Part shown: one piece after another, positions 1 through 13,059 of the stretch
Layout: every line of letters begins with the position of its first letter
Position numbering within the stretch: position 1 is the first letter of the stretch
NCBI GenBank assembly: GCA_030704615.1
Contig: CM060732.1
Span: 81,220,001-81,284,000, forward strand
Direction of reading: 5' to 3'
Length of the DNA: 64,000 nt
Source of the DNA: Takakia lepidozioides
Taxonomy: Eukaryota > Plantae > Bryophyta
Notes under the pieces: generated by a model
Told to the model about the DNA's origin: nothing
The model's input: the letters and a program-made list of their open reading frames with translations, nothing else
Databases searched by the model: none
Translations under genes and position numbers: made by a program

Positions 1-140
1 GGAATCTCGGTCTGATTTTTGGGGAAAACATTCCTTTAGGTGCCATATAATCAGATTGTGGAAGGCTTGTATATGGGAAAATTCAACTTGATACTTGAAT
101 TTGGTGGTCGAACCAGCTTATCCATGCACAAATTATTAAA
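1..140. repeat. Internal segment of the same repeat family as 40850-40990
   Basis: ggtctgattttt...ggtgccatataatcagatt...attcaact...tccatgca aligns by eye with 40855-40990. Confidence 0.7.
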
Positions 141-397
141 AAAAATGAGAGGCCCCTGGACAAGACTGTCAGGGATTGCATCCCACACATATCATATAAA
201 AGACCGAGCAACAGTGAAAGTTGGGGTGAATGCAAAGAAAACGAAATGTACTTACCCAAAGCACAACATGCTTGCAACCCAGCAATTGCCATGAACTCGC
301 TGCTGCTTCTGAGAGCAATTCTGACTGACTGCAGACGTCCCACCCTCAAAATAACAATTAGTATTTTAACATATAAAGAGACTTAGGGTCTTTAGTC

Positions 398-585
398 TTA
401 ACCCCTAAAGGATGAGGTAACCCCAATCGACCGGTTTCAGATTTCATCCATGTGTAGTTTTTATGGATGACAGTGGATGGAAGTGAACCCTGAATGTAAT
501 GGTGCACATTAGGGAGGAGCACATGTGAGAATTACAACGCTCTAAAATAACTAAAGCTCTACTCTTTAGAATTTTCCAAGAATCC
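398..585. mobile_element. Left end of a piggyBac-like non-autonomous element (TTAA + CCCCTAAAGGATGAG)
   Basis: TTAA at 398-401 is followed by CCCCTAAAGGATGAGG, the reverse complement (2 mismatches) of GCTCGTCCTTTAGGGG-TTAA at 41189-41208. The block 465-580 is similar to 40466-40585. Confidence 0.5.
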
Positions 586-725
586 TAACCCTTCGCGCAA
601 CAATTGAACATTGTCATGACAGTGCCCTCACACCCAAAGGAGGTGCAGTAAGTATATCGTCCTCTCATTATTCACATAAGTTACCCTTTAGTTGGGTGTA
701 ATTTCATTGATACTAGGGTAGCATG

Positions 726-1135
726 TGCCGTTGGCCCAAGTGTCCAGTGTCATCTAAGTCCAAGTGCAATCCCCTATGTATCTTGAGACCCTCACGTTTG
801 GGAGATCTAGGCATAGGGTAACCTGCGCCATTGGCCCATGTGTTAAGAATTGAAAAGTCCAAGTGCAATCCCCTATGTATTCAAGTAGCGTCTCCTATGC
901 CGTTGGCCCATGTGTGAAGAATTGAAATCTAAGCCCAAGTGCAATTTCTTATGTATCCAAGTGGGTCTCTTATGTCAAGGCCCAAGTGCGACCTCTAGTG
1001 TAGCCTATGCTGTTGGCCCATGTGTGAAGAATTGAAATCTAAGCCCAAGTGCAATCTTCTATTTCATGTATCCAAGTGCATCTCCCGCGTACAGTCCCAG
1101 TGTCCAATGTCATCTAAGTCCAAATGCAATCCCAT
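726..1135. repeat. Degenerate tandem repeat region
   Basis: Recurring motifs ccaagtgcaatcccctatgtat and gttggcccatgtgtgaagaattgaaatctaagcccaagtgcaat (exact copies near 903 and 1012). Confidence 0.75.
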
Positions 1136-1150
1136 ATCTGATCATTTTTA

Positions 1151-1235
1151 TTTTTTTTTTTTTTTTTTCAGAGAGCCTACGACCAGATTTGAACCGGAGA
1201 CCTTTCCCTTGATATCTCTCCCGTCGAGGCTCCAA
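1151..1235 (-). mobile_element. Short tRNA-like retroposed sequence / SINE head with poly(A)
   Basis: Minus strand reads TGGTTGGAGC (A-box-like)...GGTTCAAATC (B-box)...AGGCTCTCTG followed by an A-tract (T-tract at about 1151-1168 on +). Confidence 0.35.
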
Positions 1236-1689
1236 CCAGGAATGCCCACTTTGCCATTTTTTTTGTGAATTTTCAGCGACCAAAAGTACTTGGAACTCGA
1301 CATCTCCCACCGCATGTCCAAAAATCATGAGACCAAGCCCGTGCACCCCTCCTCTCCTCGTCAAGGGCTTTCCAACGGTACCAAGCACCAGGGGCTGGGG
1401 CCTTGCGGTTCAGGACATCTCAACGTGACGAAACAAAACAAAACAAAACAAAACAAACAAATCATCTTACTTCATATATTGATTAATTTAACCAACATGA
1501 CAGACCAAAAGCTTCGATTTTGGGATGTTGGACGGTTACTGGAAGCAAGAGAAAAAGACCTCACTTTCTTGAAGGGGATTTCAAGAGAGTTTTTTGGCTT
1601 GTTTGAGATTGGCAGCTCAAGTAGTTACCCCCAACCTTGAACTCCAACATGCACAAACCGATGTTATAGTCTGAGGGAGTCAAGCCGCA

Positions 1690-2085
1690 TCAATCAATAA
1701 CAACATACCCAAATACCTTACAATCACTATATGAACTTTCAAGCAGCCACCATAGGATTGGATCTTGGTGGGTTAAGGCTAGCTTTTGACAAAAGGCTAG
1801 CTTTTGACAATATTCATGCAAGTTCGTCAAGGGCTCCATCCAAAGCCACACCACGAGAAACAAACAAACATGTCCAAATTTAAGATGCTGAACAAACTTG
1901 TGCACAGGGCTGCCCCTCTCATCAAGCTCATTAAAATTCATATTCACTTCCATCTTCAAGCTTTGGAGAAACTCCACCACCCAAACCCAGAATTAGGACA
2001 GCACTCTGATTTCCATCCACTGTCACCAGAATCAGTCAAAAATCACCCCTTCAGTCAAGTGCAATTGTGGGCTGACTTCCCACCT
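1690..2085 (+). pseudogene. Highly degraded L1-type reverse transcriptase remnant
   Basis: Collinear degenerate motifs across frames: LAFD (KAFD-like), cagggctgccc (QGCP), QLWADF (QLFADD-like). Confidence 0.3.
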
Positions 2086-2135
2086 ATGCCGGGGTAGACC
2101 CCACTATCATTTCATGTGGACATGCCAAAGGAAAT

Positions 2136-2318
2136 GCACTCAACAGTACATGATGGTCAATACACTCAGGAAATGGTGGATGGTCTGAGTAGCTACATTG
2201 AATGAATGAAGCAAGACACTTGAATCTTGCACTCAACAGTACATGATGGTCAACACTCTCAGGAACTGGTGGATGGTCTGAGTATCTACACAGATCAACG
2301 GATGAAGCAAGACACTTG
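2136..2318. repeat. ~94-bp tandem duplication just 3' of the DYW stop
   Basis: gcactcaacagtacatgatggtcaa...gaagcaagacacttg occurs at 2136-2222 and 2230-2318. Confidence 0.85.
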
Positions 2319-2341
2319 TATCTTTCCAAGAAAACATCCTT

Positions 2342-3445
2342 TCACCAGTAATCACCACAAGAACAAATCTCATCTTCAAAGTGGTGGAAAGCAGTTAGCA
2401 TCCCAAACAACAATTGCTCGGCCAACAATCTTTGAGATGAATTTGGTGGAGGTGTGGCAGTCTCCACACATCGAAGATTCTTGATGAGTCGTGCTGATCA
2501 GCCCAAAACCAATGGCCAGCTTCTCACTGTGGAGGCAAAGAGAAAATTCTTTTCCTCCACATCATGCAATACAAAGCGCGTGTCAAGCACATACCCCGCC
2601 TCCTTCATCTGCCCAGACAATTGTCTCAGCTCAGCATGGATTTCCTTAATTTTGGGATGCAACTTGTCATCTACAACAAAGGTGTGCACTTTGTTGCCAA
2701 CCTCAATGCAACAGCGACCTGGCTCCTTTCCAACCCCTCTGACCTTCATCATTCTTCTCACCTTTGCAGTATCATCCCACGCCCTTTCCCACGGCTGCCA
2801 GGCTTGCACAAGCATTGCAAACGCACATAAACGTGATGTGGTTGCACTTCACCCCTTCCTCCATCATTGGCATACATGTCCACCAGGCCAGTGTTCAGGA
2901 TGACATCTCGTACAATTCCAGCTTTGACGATGTCACCATGGACCTCCAGAGCTCCCAGGCTTGCACACGCATTGCAAACACAAACAAATGTGATGTGGTT
3001 GGTTTTCACCCCTTCGCACATCATTTGCTCATAGGTCTCCAAAGCCTCCATCCCGCACCCTTGTCGTGCATATCCTGCAATCATCACACTCCAGAACACC
3101 ACATCACGTTCAGCCATGCTGTCGAACACTCCACATCCTCGATGCACCCACGTTTGACATACATGTCCACCAGGGCAGTGTTCAGAATGAAATCTGGTAC
3201 AATTCCAGATTTGACGATGTCACCATGGACCTCTTTGCACTTTTCCAGGGCTGCCAGGCTTGCACACGCATTGCAAATGCAAACAAACGTCATGTGGTTG
3301 GGCTTCACCCCCTTCGCAGATCATTTGCTCATAGGTCTCCAAAGCCTCCATCCTGCGCCCTTGCTGTGCATATCCTGCAACCATCGCACTCCACAATACC
3401 ACATCTTGTTCAGCCATACTGTAGAACACTCCCTTCATAAAATGC
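2342..3445 (-). pseudogene. PLS-class PPR-DYW (PG-type) RNA-editing factor pseudogene
   Basis: P/L/S motifs (VVLWSAMVAGYAQQG, TFVCICNACASLAALEK, NTALVDMY), E/PG box KEPGRCCIEVGNKVHTF, HSEKLA, GDCHT and terminal CSCGDYW* (stop 2342-2344). Multiple frameshifts and deletions. Confidence 0.9.
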
Positions 3446-4559
3446 ACCTAATCACCAGAAAATTCAATATGTCTGCTTTCCCAATGCTTTAGAAAAGGGC
3501 ACCTGCATAAACCCTATATGCTCCAAAAACATAGTGTGCACCAAAACCTGAAGCTGTAAAGTGTCAGATGCCCACTAATATCTAATGATAATAATCACTA
3601 CATGTACCCTCAAAACACTGGCAGGTGGATCATGCAGCAATGGCCCATACCACTGCTACATACAGAGTACTTTCGCCTGGCATTCCACGTACGTGTCTAA
3701 GAGAGATGGACAACTCACACACAACAAGTCCATGCTTGTGTGAGGCGGGGCGCTGGGGTCTATGGCCAGAAGGCTACAACAAACATACTTCTATGAGTAG
3801 ATTCTCTCACTTCCTCTCTTTCCCTCTTCAGGAACATGAAGAACATTCTCCTGCACCTCTGTTCAACAACTTGAAAATCTATCCCCACATTCATTCCAGC
3901 ATCCTTTTGGCGCAGATAAACTAGAACTGCTTGCCCACCTGGAGGCCCCTACGGGTTTTCTTTAGTCGGTGGATGCTGGAATTACTTATGGCTGGTGAAA
4001 TTCCCATCAGGCGCATGCGCTGCATTCACAAATCAGATAACCACCACATATCAGAGAGAGTGAGCTGCCTCCAAATCTCATAGATCAATACAGCAACCTA
4101 GGGAGCAATTTATATCTCGAAGGGTGCCAATTGACAATGTCGTTGGAATAGCTGGAATTGGGTTATCCGTGACTTACAAAAGCAGCCGACCATTGGTGGT
4201 TTTCACTGTTGGGGGAAGCCTCCTGGGAGTGAAAGTCTCCGAGCTTTGATTGCAGATGGCAGGGCAGCCCTTGTGATGAACTGATTATGGAACAAAAGCA
4301 AGAACCCTGATTACTACAAACTGCAAAGGTGGTCATCCCTAACACTCGGCTCATCTTTTCAGTTGTCGACATGTAGGGGTGTCATAACTCCAAACCCGAG
4401 ACAGGAGGGAGGTGGAGACTTCAGCAATGTGTGAGACAATCTGGCATCTACATGTATCAGTGAGGTCCGCAGGGTCCACGCGCCCAGCTTCTTCTACGGA
4501 TGCATTGATCTAGAGATGATTGATCGCTGCCGACTCTGCGAGGCTCCCGTACACAAAAC

Positions 4560-4640
4560 TGACGACGACGACGACATGGCTGACGACGACGACGTGCATG
4601 ACGACGATGACATGGCTACGATGGCGTGGCTACGATGATG
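4560..4640. repeat. (GAC)n-based imperfect microsatellite
   Basis: gacgacgacgacgac...gacgacgacgac...gacgacgatgac. Confidence 0.8.
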
Positions 4641-5024
4641 TGGCGAAGAGCATTATGGCACCCTATTCCTACTCTACGCTAAACTAGTCGCCGACCTTCA
4701 GTCGTCGCTAGAATTTTCATACATGTTTTTCAGCAAACTGTAGCCCTTACTCATGAGACTTCATCCAAATTGGATGAAGTTTACCAGGAAATGTCTTTTA
4801 AGTTTTCCCAAATTTTATATTTCGGGAGAAGGATTTCTTGGATGCAAAATCCCTACAGTCCGACGTTTCCAAAATATTCGCGCACTCATCCTCGACAGTT
4901 TTGCCCATTTTGAGGCCGTTTCCAGGGTGAGCTCTGGGTGGGCCTCAACTGTTTCGCTGAAACATGCCCTGGGGTTCCCCTCAGGAAACTGCAGCGTGTA
5001 CCGCAAACTCTCGGTCCTCCAACG

Positions 5025-5288
5025 TGTCTTTGAGCTTGCCTCACTGCCCTCCACAGCCACAGCTTCAAACCTTTCAATCTCGGTAGCTTCCTCCTTCTCC
5101 GTTTCCTTGCTGTAAAGGCCCACCTTCTGCAATACGGCCCCTACATCGACATTGTTCTTGATGGCGATAAAACACCCCGTTATGGATGCGGCCGACACTG
5201 ACAAGTGCACCCCTATCGCTACCCTGCCATACTTTGATAACAATTCTTTCAGCCCTGCCGCCGAGAAAACTCCTGCCATGACACCCAT
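5025..5288 (-). pseudogene. DUF1279/FAM210B-like membrane protein, 3'-truncated
   Basis: LKELLSKYGRVAIGVHLSVSAASITGCFIAIKNNVDV matches the plant DUF1279 N-terminus. The conserved C-terminal (K..FP.RVPIT..LTP) part is not found; the ORF runs into unrelated sequence to 4815. Confidence 0.6.
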
Positions 5289-6019
5289 GCCAGATAGAGA
5301 AGAAAGACTCAAGGAAACCTCGCCTACTGGAGAAGACAATCTTCTTAATTTGTCACGAGTCTCTGGCGATTGTCTAACTGATGTGCACGCGGGTACGAGC
5401 TGATCAAAATGATGGTCCAACCGACAAGTTACCCACAGCAGATACGCTCTCCGACGTATAGCACCCACCAGAACCATGTGGAAGATGAGGGCAGTCGAAG
5501 TTTTGCTTCAAGCGGGGAGGGAGATCCGTTGTTCTATCGCCCCACCTCTCTCAATACCCACCACCACCCCAGCCGTGCTTTACCTCTTTGTGTTGTTGTG
5601 GATCTACTGGTTTTTCTCTTTATCTATCTCTCTGGTTCTGAAGCATTTGGTGATGCGTAGTCTTCCAGAACAAGCTCTGATTTGCTGCCTCGCTGCTGTC
5701 AAGTGTGAGTGGATTTGAGGGCGTCTCATCAGAACGCATAGATAGATAGATAGAGGCGCCTTCCTATGGAGGAGAGGAGGAACCTTAGGCGGCGTAAGGT
5801 GCCATGCTCACAAGTTCCTCCATGTAAGGCTCCATCCTCTCTAACTAAAACATCCTGGCCGGGTCTTTACGAATGTAACACCATGGGGATGACCCACCAT
5901 AAAATTGAACGTTGTTCTCAGAATTGGTCGCGAGTAGTGCGGAGCAACGTGAAGCCCTAGTAGTTCGATGCAAATAGAACCATCCAAAAAGGGCTTAGCC
6001 ACATATACAAAAACATGCA

Positions 6020-6240
6020 CATCGGCTGGTAAGTGCACAGTATGTCGCCCTGGTGGTTCGGGGTTCAAACCCGCTGCCCTGCCCCCTGTGTAGGATTGTT
6101 CATGACGGTATGGCTGGGCATTGTTAGTCCTGTAGGTCTCCATGGCCCATAATTGAAAGGGGGTTAATCCGTCCCCCTCCTCAAGGGCCTGAATTGTGGG
6201 CGGTCGCTCCCTTCCTTTATAAAAATGTTTAAAAACAAAT
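6020..6240 (+). mobile_element. tRNA-derived SINE copy 1
   Basis: A-box-like TCGGCTGGTAAG, B-box GGTTCAAACCC, ~190-bp body shared with the next copy, A-rich tail. Confidence 0.7.
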
Positions 6241-6289
6241 TAATAGGTGATAAAAAATTAATTAATTAATTTTCCAAAAAAAACATTTG

Positions 6290-6505
6290 AAGTGCACAGT
6301 GTGTCGCCCTGGTGGTTCGGGGTTCAAACTTCAAACCCGCTGCCCTGCCCCGAGTGTGGGATTTGTTCGTGAAGGTATGTCTGGGCATTGATCGTCCTGT
6401 TGGCCCCATGGCCCATAATTGAAAGGGGGTTAATTTTTCCTCCTCCTCAAGGACCTGAATTGTGGGCAGTCGCTCCCAGATTAAAAAAGTTTCATTAAAA
6501 AAACA
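6290..6505 (+). mobile_element. tRNA-derived SINE copy 2 (5'-truncated, tandem)
   Basis: aagtgcacagt...gtcgctccc is colinear with 6031-6210, has a small duplication in the B-box (ttcaaacttcaaac) and an A-rich tail. Confidence 0.7.
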
Positions 6506-7306
6506 TTTTTTTAAAGTAAAAACTTTTACATTTACATTAATTTCACATTTTACGGTCAAATTTTCTAAATTGTATCATTGACAGAATGTGTATTTAGTTT
6601 CCAGTTTATACGGTCAGATTTCCTCGATCCCGATTGGCTTGCAGATACGGAGTTTTTAGTGGGTAGGGTTTTGCACGTTTGCACCCAAATTTGGCAAACT
6701 GGTTTTAGGCGCTTTTTTTTTTCATTTATTGTTTTCGATTCAAGAATATGTAGGTAAAAAATATTTGTATGTAGATGGATTTTTAACTCTGACTGTTGTC
6801 CTATTTTCGAGGTGAAACTCTATTCATCTCAAGAGTAAAAATGACAGTTGACAGAATTTACTGAATGAATTCACTCCAATCTTGCCAACATATACTTCAA
6901 AGCCTTACTCTTAAAACTGAGAGCAGACTTTGTAAAAGAATAGTTAGAGTAAATGATTGTTGTACAAAATTGCTGTAGTCTCAGGCCAACAAAGGTTGCA
7001 ATGTGCCGCGTCTGGGTCCAAACTAAATGAAAATTGGGGCAGCTGTTTATTTTGAACCCACACGATGATGTTCTTGGAACAGAATATCAGAGTAGACTGT
7101 CTTGGCCTGCCCTAACAGTCCATCCTAAGTACTTTCTAAACAGCCTGTCTCTGTTGAATAGTGGCAGTCAGTATAATCCGGTCAATATGAATCTGCTGTT
7201 AGAAGAGAGTGAAGTGCAAAAATGCAGTACCGGGCGAAAGTAAAAAAGTGTTCAGTTTCGGAGGAGTGTCAAAAACACTGGACTTCCGCCTGTTTTCCAA
7301 ATGGTG

Positions 7307-10300
7307 TCAAAGAAGTATCCCCTTCAGGCCTTGCAATCGCTTGCGAACCTCATTGGCAAGCTCAATGATGTGTTGATCCACACAGCCTGCAGCATGCCCC
7401 CAACATAGATCCCCCTTCTGCCCAATTACAACTGGTACATGATGAGCAGACAATTCGATGATTTAGAATAGAATAACAGTCGGAAAGAATGCAATCTTCT
7501 GTCAAATTATAGGGGTATAACTAGTTCATGCACTTACTCAATATTTCCCTCACGTTATCGCAGAATTGTCCATGGGAGATCTGGGTACGCTACTGCACCA
7601 GATGCGACTGGATTTGGTGGGAAGCGACAAGCAACCCACATAAGTGTGCAATTACAGCTGTGACAAGACCAGACCGGGAACAATGCATAGAAAATAAGAA
7701 ATGCAGCCCTTACTCACCAATTTCGTAGAGAGCTTCTTCTAGCCGGAACAAGTACTCATAATTTGGGCCTGCCGGACCTACAGCCTTTGCGATTTGGCTG
7801 CAACATCCACCAGAATTGTAAGTAACTCTTACTTCCAATGCAGCTTTTCTTAACAGCAGTGCCGAACTCATCTGTATGTCTCTAATAGGATACCAACAGC
7901 AACCCTTAAATTAGTACTTTTCTTTGACTTGTGGCTCATACCACTACCTTAGGTACAGTCAGGTGTATGATATTCAGCTCAGGCAAATTTCACAGGGAAT
8001 GGCCTATCACTATATCAAATCCCCCTTTACCCTGAGCCCGCCCCTTTGAGTGTTATGAGACCACCTCTTAGTTACAGATATTTGAAAGCACATGTGTTTG
8101 CATATCTTGGCAAAGGTCAGAAATTTCACCTGGCCATGTCTTCCAAAGGAGCTGGTCCCAAGTAATACTGATTTTTCACTGGGTTTGGAGATCCAATGTA
8201 CCTGTCACAGAACATAGCAGCCCAGCTTCAGACATTGCGCTCATCTGGAATTGCAGCTTAATGGAACTTTGCAATGGGATAACAAGAATGCCATTCTTCA
8301 TCGAGAAGAATTGTGTGATTTAATTTCTACATTCTACCGCAGTAGGATAATAAACCTGCTTTAAGCATCTCCAATCCATACTTGTGTTGGCAAGAGGCAG
8401 TGAGACTTACACAAGGACACCAGAGATTGCTGGCTTGACTGAGGACGACTCCTGCATCACAGTTACCAGTCAGCAATTTTAACTTAATGCCAATTATGAT
8501 GCTGCAGAATACAGCTACTCGCTAGAACTCCCATTCCCACCCCAGTTCTACACAGAAATTCAGCAACCTCGGACATTACTGCGCCACTGGATGCGGTTTG
8601 TCTATTTGTCTGTAATGTTTTCCACATCCATAGCTAAGTAATTAAGCAAGTACCAACGGTGGTCGACCCTGGAATGGATCTCATGGTGTCTAGTAAAATG
8701 TCAACGCCAAAGAATAATTATCTCTCAATACCGTAACGTGAGGTTGTGCACAAGCACTACCACATTGAATTTCATGAACCCTGGCAAGCTTAAAACCCAC
8801 ACTGGCTTCGAGCGGGTTGCTATCCCACAGACGCTGAAGGGTAATTCATCGCCAGAGTTCGCAGGATTAGTAGATCTCTTGCTTCATCACAGTAAAAACA
8901 AAGAAAGCTTCCATGAAACTGTTGTGGTACAATCATGTAACATGTTACTAGTGACCCATTCCCAGTAACAAATGGAATGAGGGTGCAGCAGGGGTTACTG
9001 TGAAGAAATCAACAAAGGTTCTCACGTCATACTCAAACTCCCTGAGCTCCAGATACTGTGACAAATCCATGCCAAAACACAAACTGCAATTAGATGCGTT
9101 CACTGCATGGCCCAGTGAGGTTTACAGTCACCAATGAAAAACAACCATGCAAGTGCCATACGGACAAAATGATGGCATGCAAACTCTGCTCTGTGTTGGG
9201 AGGAGTACTGGAACTTACAGACAAGACAAGCTGCTCCTCATCATGTCCTGACACCGAGTATGCAGCACCCCACTGTACATTGCAGTATGTCATCTGTTAG
9301 TGCACATGGAATAAATTTTAATAGAGGTGAACTACATGTGGAGATACTGGTCTACATGAAAAAATCCTCATCCACCGATCAATGAGCTTCATAGTTCAGT
9401 GAGTCAATGGGCTTCACAATGCAGGCAAAAGATAGTTCAGTCATAACTATCTGCATACTTTGCCATGCTACATCGGGATTTATCCAATCGACTGAGGTAG
9501 TCACTAGAACCAGGAGTACAGTATTATTGTAAGCAGATTATGGGGTACCCCCTGACTCAATCAACTATTGTGCTGGACTGCAATCTACTTGATATACCAC
9601 TGACTAGGATCTATCACAATGCAAGCCAAGATCAACAAGGAATGTTCCGACTAAGTGCATGATGGAAACGAATCTTGTTATTTTTGCATGGACTCTAAGA
9701 TGCAAGCAAGCGAAACTCGCCGTGATTGCTCCCTCCTGTGGTTCGAGGGTGACTGTACGGCCTGGGTATTCAGGTGTGCCTCGATGATCTGTGCTAGCTG
9801 CAAAAGACAAGTCGACAGACACAATGAGCACAATCTGTATGAGAACTTTATAAAAGTGGCGACCATCTCCCAGTGATTAAAGGTCTTCTCAAAAGACCAA
9901 TACCCCTCTCTCTTCCTCTCCTATCCCTTCTCCTGTTGCGTTCATTTGACATGTAGCCACTTGCATGGCCACATGTGCTACATTACAAAAGGCTGAGCAA
10001 AAGTAGGGTGGCATAAAACATAAAGCCAGAAGGAGACACAGTGCACACTAAACCCAATACAGACTTGAATGGAACATTTCCCTTCACTTTCCACACTGTC
10101 TTGCATCCAGATGAGGAGACAGACTCTGCTCCATCAGAGAGGAAAACTTAGCCTGATCCAGTAGCCAAATGTAGTGTTTTGAAACACATTGCATTGCTTC
10201 AGTCCTCCACATTGCAGTTGACCTTTCTTTTCAAATAGAAATTGCTGTATTGATTACTCAGTTGACATCAATTCACCAATCAGTGAACCATAGGACCATC

Positions 10301-10507
10301 CATTTCCTCAAGCAATAATTCTCCCCAATAAAACTCTCAACCTGTGGGTAGCTTTACTATTCTGGAACCCCAGAACTTCAAAAACTTCAAACATATACCT
10401 TGGTTAAAGACTCGTCGATAACCCTTGATGTAGCCCACTACTCGCTCATCGTAGTTAAAGCCTGCCTTCCAAACCAGAGACCCATAGCCGAATACCCACA
10501 GCACCAT
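7307..10507 (-). CDS. GGCT2: ChaC-like gamma-glutamylcyclotransferase (GGCT2 family), 8 exons, 189 aa
   Basis: Exons 10507-10399, 9797-9721, 9272-9219, 9055-8999, 8451-8411, 8201-8130, 7797-7718 and 7386-7307 sum to 570 nt in frame. Motifs [63 protein letters not shown]. Introns are GT-AG except intron 2 (GC-AG). Confidence 0.93.
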
Positions 10508-11154
10508 TTCCTCTTCTAGTCCACGCTTCTGTACACAACAACATGTCAAATTCAAGACAGGCTTTACCATTTTGTCAAAGTGCAAGACGCTTTTGCAGAA
10601 ATCTGCGCAGCAATTGCACAGGGCCATGGAGCATGGCGAGGACAGGACAATGAAATACCTTCCAAAATACAGGTCATGAATCTGATATTGTACACAGTAA
10701 AACTGATGGTCACGTCTCTAATCCAAATGAATCCGAAATTGTTCGAATTGGCTTTCGTCATTGAGGACGAGAATCTCTGATGAAGAACGAACTTGTCCTG
10801 GAAAGAAATCAGCTTTTTCTCCTGGAAGAGAAGTAGAAGTTTACATGGTTCTGCTAGTTTCACGGCACCAAGGCAGAAAAGAACCCCATGTATTGAAGTC
10901 TAGTTTGAGAGACCGGGACCGACTGCCACCACCTGAAGGCAGGCTGGCACGGACATCGAACCTTAACTTCTCCAGACTGGGACAGGCACAGAACATGGTT
11001 CTCAGGGAACACCTGGCAACTTCATTTAGCTGGCTTTGGTACTGCTTTCGTTCAAAGACAGGCTTTGCCCCTATGAAGTGTAGGTGTGATGACTTGGGTA
11101 CTCCATGAACCGTTCATTAGAGCTTGACAGATGCCAGACCGGGTAATCTAAAGT

Positions 11155-11850
11155 ATCTGTGGCAGAACTTGGAAGATTTGACAATGATGAGAATCTTATA
11201 GGCCTGCCGTGTGGCGACGGAGGGAAATGGAAAAGCATAAATGGCGGACGCACATGTTCGTCAATCTCCAAAACGCCTGCATATTATTCGCCTAAGGCAG
11301 AATGGAGACTAGATTCTAAAGATATAGTCGAACATAAAAAAGAACTGAACGGCGGCCATCTGCACAGAGATGTAACGAAGATGTGGTATGACACATCAAG
11401 TTATCTGCTCGGATAGTCTCCAATTGTATGAGGTGCTATCCACCACGATTGGTAATCAACACCCAGAGGCAGAACCAGCTGATGTGCCGGGTCCTTCATA
11501 CGTCCTTCAACTTCCATAGAACGAGACAGCGTAACAGATACAGTGAAGCAGTAGCAAGGAGTCCTACAGTAAGATAAACACAGGGATGCGTAGCAGTAGA
11601 ACAAGATCGGTTTTCATGTGTGGACATCGTCCGTCGAAGTATACCTGGCCTGGACTCGAATGTCAACTTGCTTCAGTATAAACAAATGCGTAACACCGCC
11701 CCCTCCACACCGGAGTCCAAGGAGAGTGCTGGCCACAATATTTTGTCTCTGGTCGTTTGCTATGGCCGGCTGGATATGAACATTAGCTTGAAAACTTTAT
11801 GAACCAGTAATTCTTCTGCCTGTCTGTGAGAGGACTACCATGAACCATCT
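11155..11850 (+). pseudogene. Possible degraded F-box gene remnant upstream of GGCT2
   Basis: LWQNLEDL..MRIL*...KWKSI (F-box-like) and a later SSVEVY motif, with many stops. Confidence 0.25.
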
Positions 11851-13059
11851 GGAAGTACTTCCTCGCCAGAATGCAGTAAGGGTAACGTGATCCAAAGAGA
11901 CGACTACCTCCCTCTCTCTCTCTCTTGTCGCTAACAAAAATTAACGTGCATGGGAGGAAGGATGCACTGCTTCTTCTGTGAGTGAGACAAGTTTACTGCA
12001 TACAAGATTCTGTCTTTGAGATGCGAGACTGCTCGCAAGCCTGGTTGATATATCCGAGATGGATTGGCCCCGAAAGTAGGCATTTAAAGGAGGCGAGACT
12101 TGCCTACTGCGGCCATCGCACGGACAGCTTCGGACACAAATCCAACTCAACTTAGGCCCTACCCAGACTGCAAAACTGACCTGCATTATTTAACTTTTCC
12201 TTCAGAGAAAACATGATAAGTCTGTGGACAACGTCCCTGCAGCTCATGCCCCTCTCACTTACGTATCACTAAGCGCCTACCGAACCGGCCCCACAGGTCC
12301 AGCAGCATTGAACATCAAACTAAACTCCAGTCAGCTCCACTGATGCACCGCAAATGCTCTCAAAATCTCTCCACACAAAAATCTCCAGAACCCGTAAATT
12401 ATACTGAACTCGCAGCCCTCTCTCAGCAATGCCTCCGACCTCCGATCCTCCAACAAACAAAACTGTCGCTATGCAACACGGATCCACAACGGTTCTGCAA
12501 CCCGCCGAGCTTTTCAAAGGAGACGACCATCGCAGCAACGCGCATCTCTCAGAGAATCTCTACATCCATCCCTCATCCAACCCACATTCATCACTTGGCT
12601 GTCAGCGAACAATCTGCGTGTGGTCCGAAGTTACTAAAGTCGGTAAGCTACTAACCGTCTCACTAATCCACGGCCAACCGCAAAAGCGTCCCGGTACAGT
12701 GCGACCGACTTTGCTTAGTACTTCGGTTTGACTAACCGAGAAGATTACCGCGATGTAACTCCGAAGTTACCAGCCATAAAGTAAACGGTGACCGGCCGTA
12801 TATCTGAAAGACGGCACGACCTCTTCCACCGTCGGATGCAGCATCAGCCGCATGCGGGCCGTTCGTACATCCCATCCCAGCAAAAGAAGCGGCCAGTACG
12901 TAAAAAGCGGGACGCAGTGGGGAGATACAGTGAACCTGGTCACAAGGGGGGGGAGTTTATTATGGTTCTTTAAACGCCACATGCGGCAAGTTGACAAATA
13001 GATACCGCGGTTTTGGTACTATTTCCGTATTATTTAAATTAAATTAAACTTTTTGCACC

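Noticed and set aside
1151-1235. Functional tRNA gene
   Set aside because: I could not build a canonical cloverleaf or anticodon arm, and it is followed by poly(A), so it is kept only as a SINE-like remnant.
2764-3492. 242-aa plus-strand ORF
   Set aside because: Antisense shadow of the PPR pseudogene.
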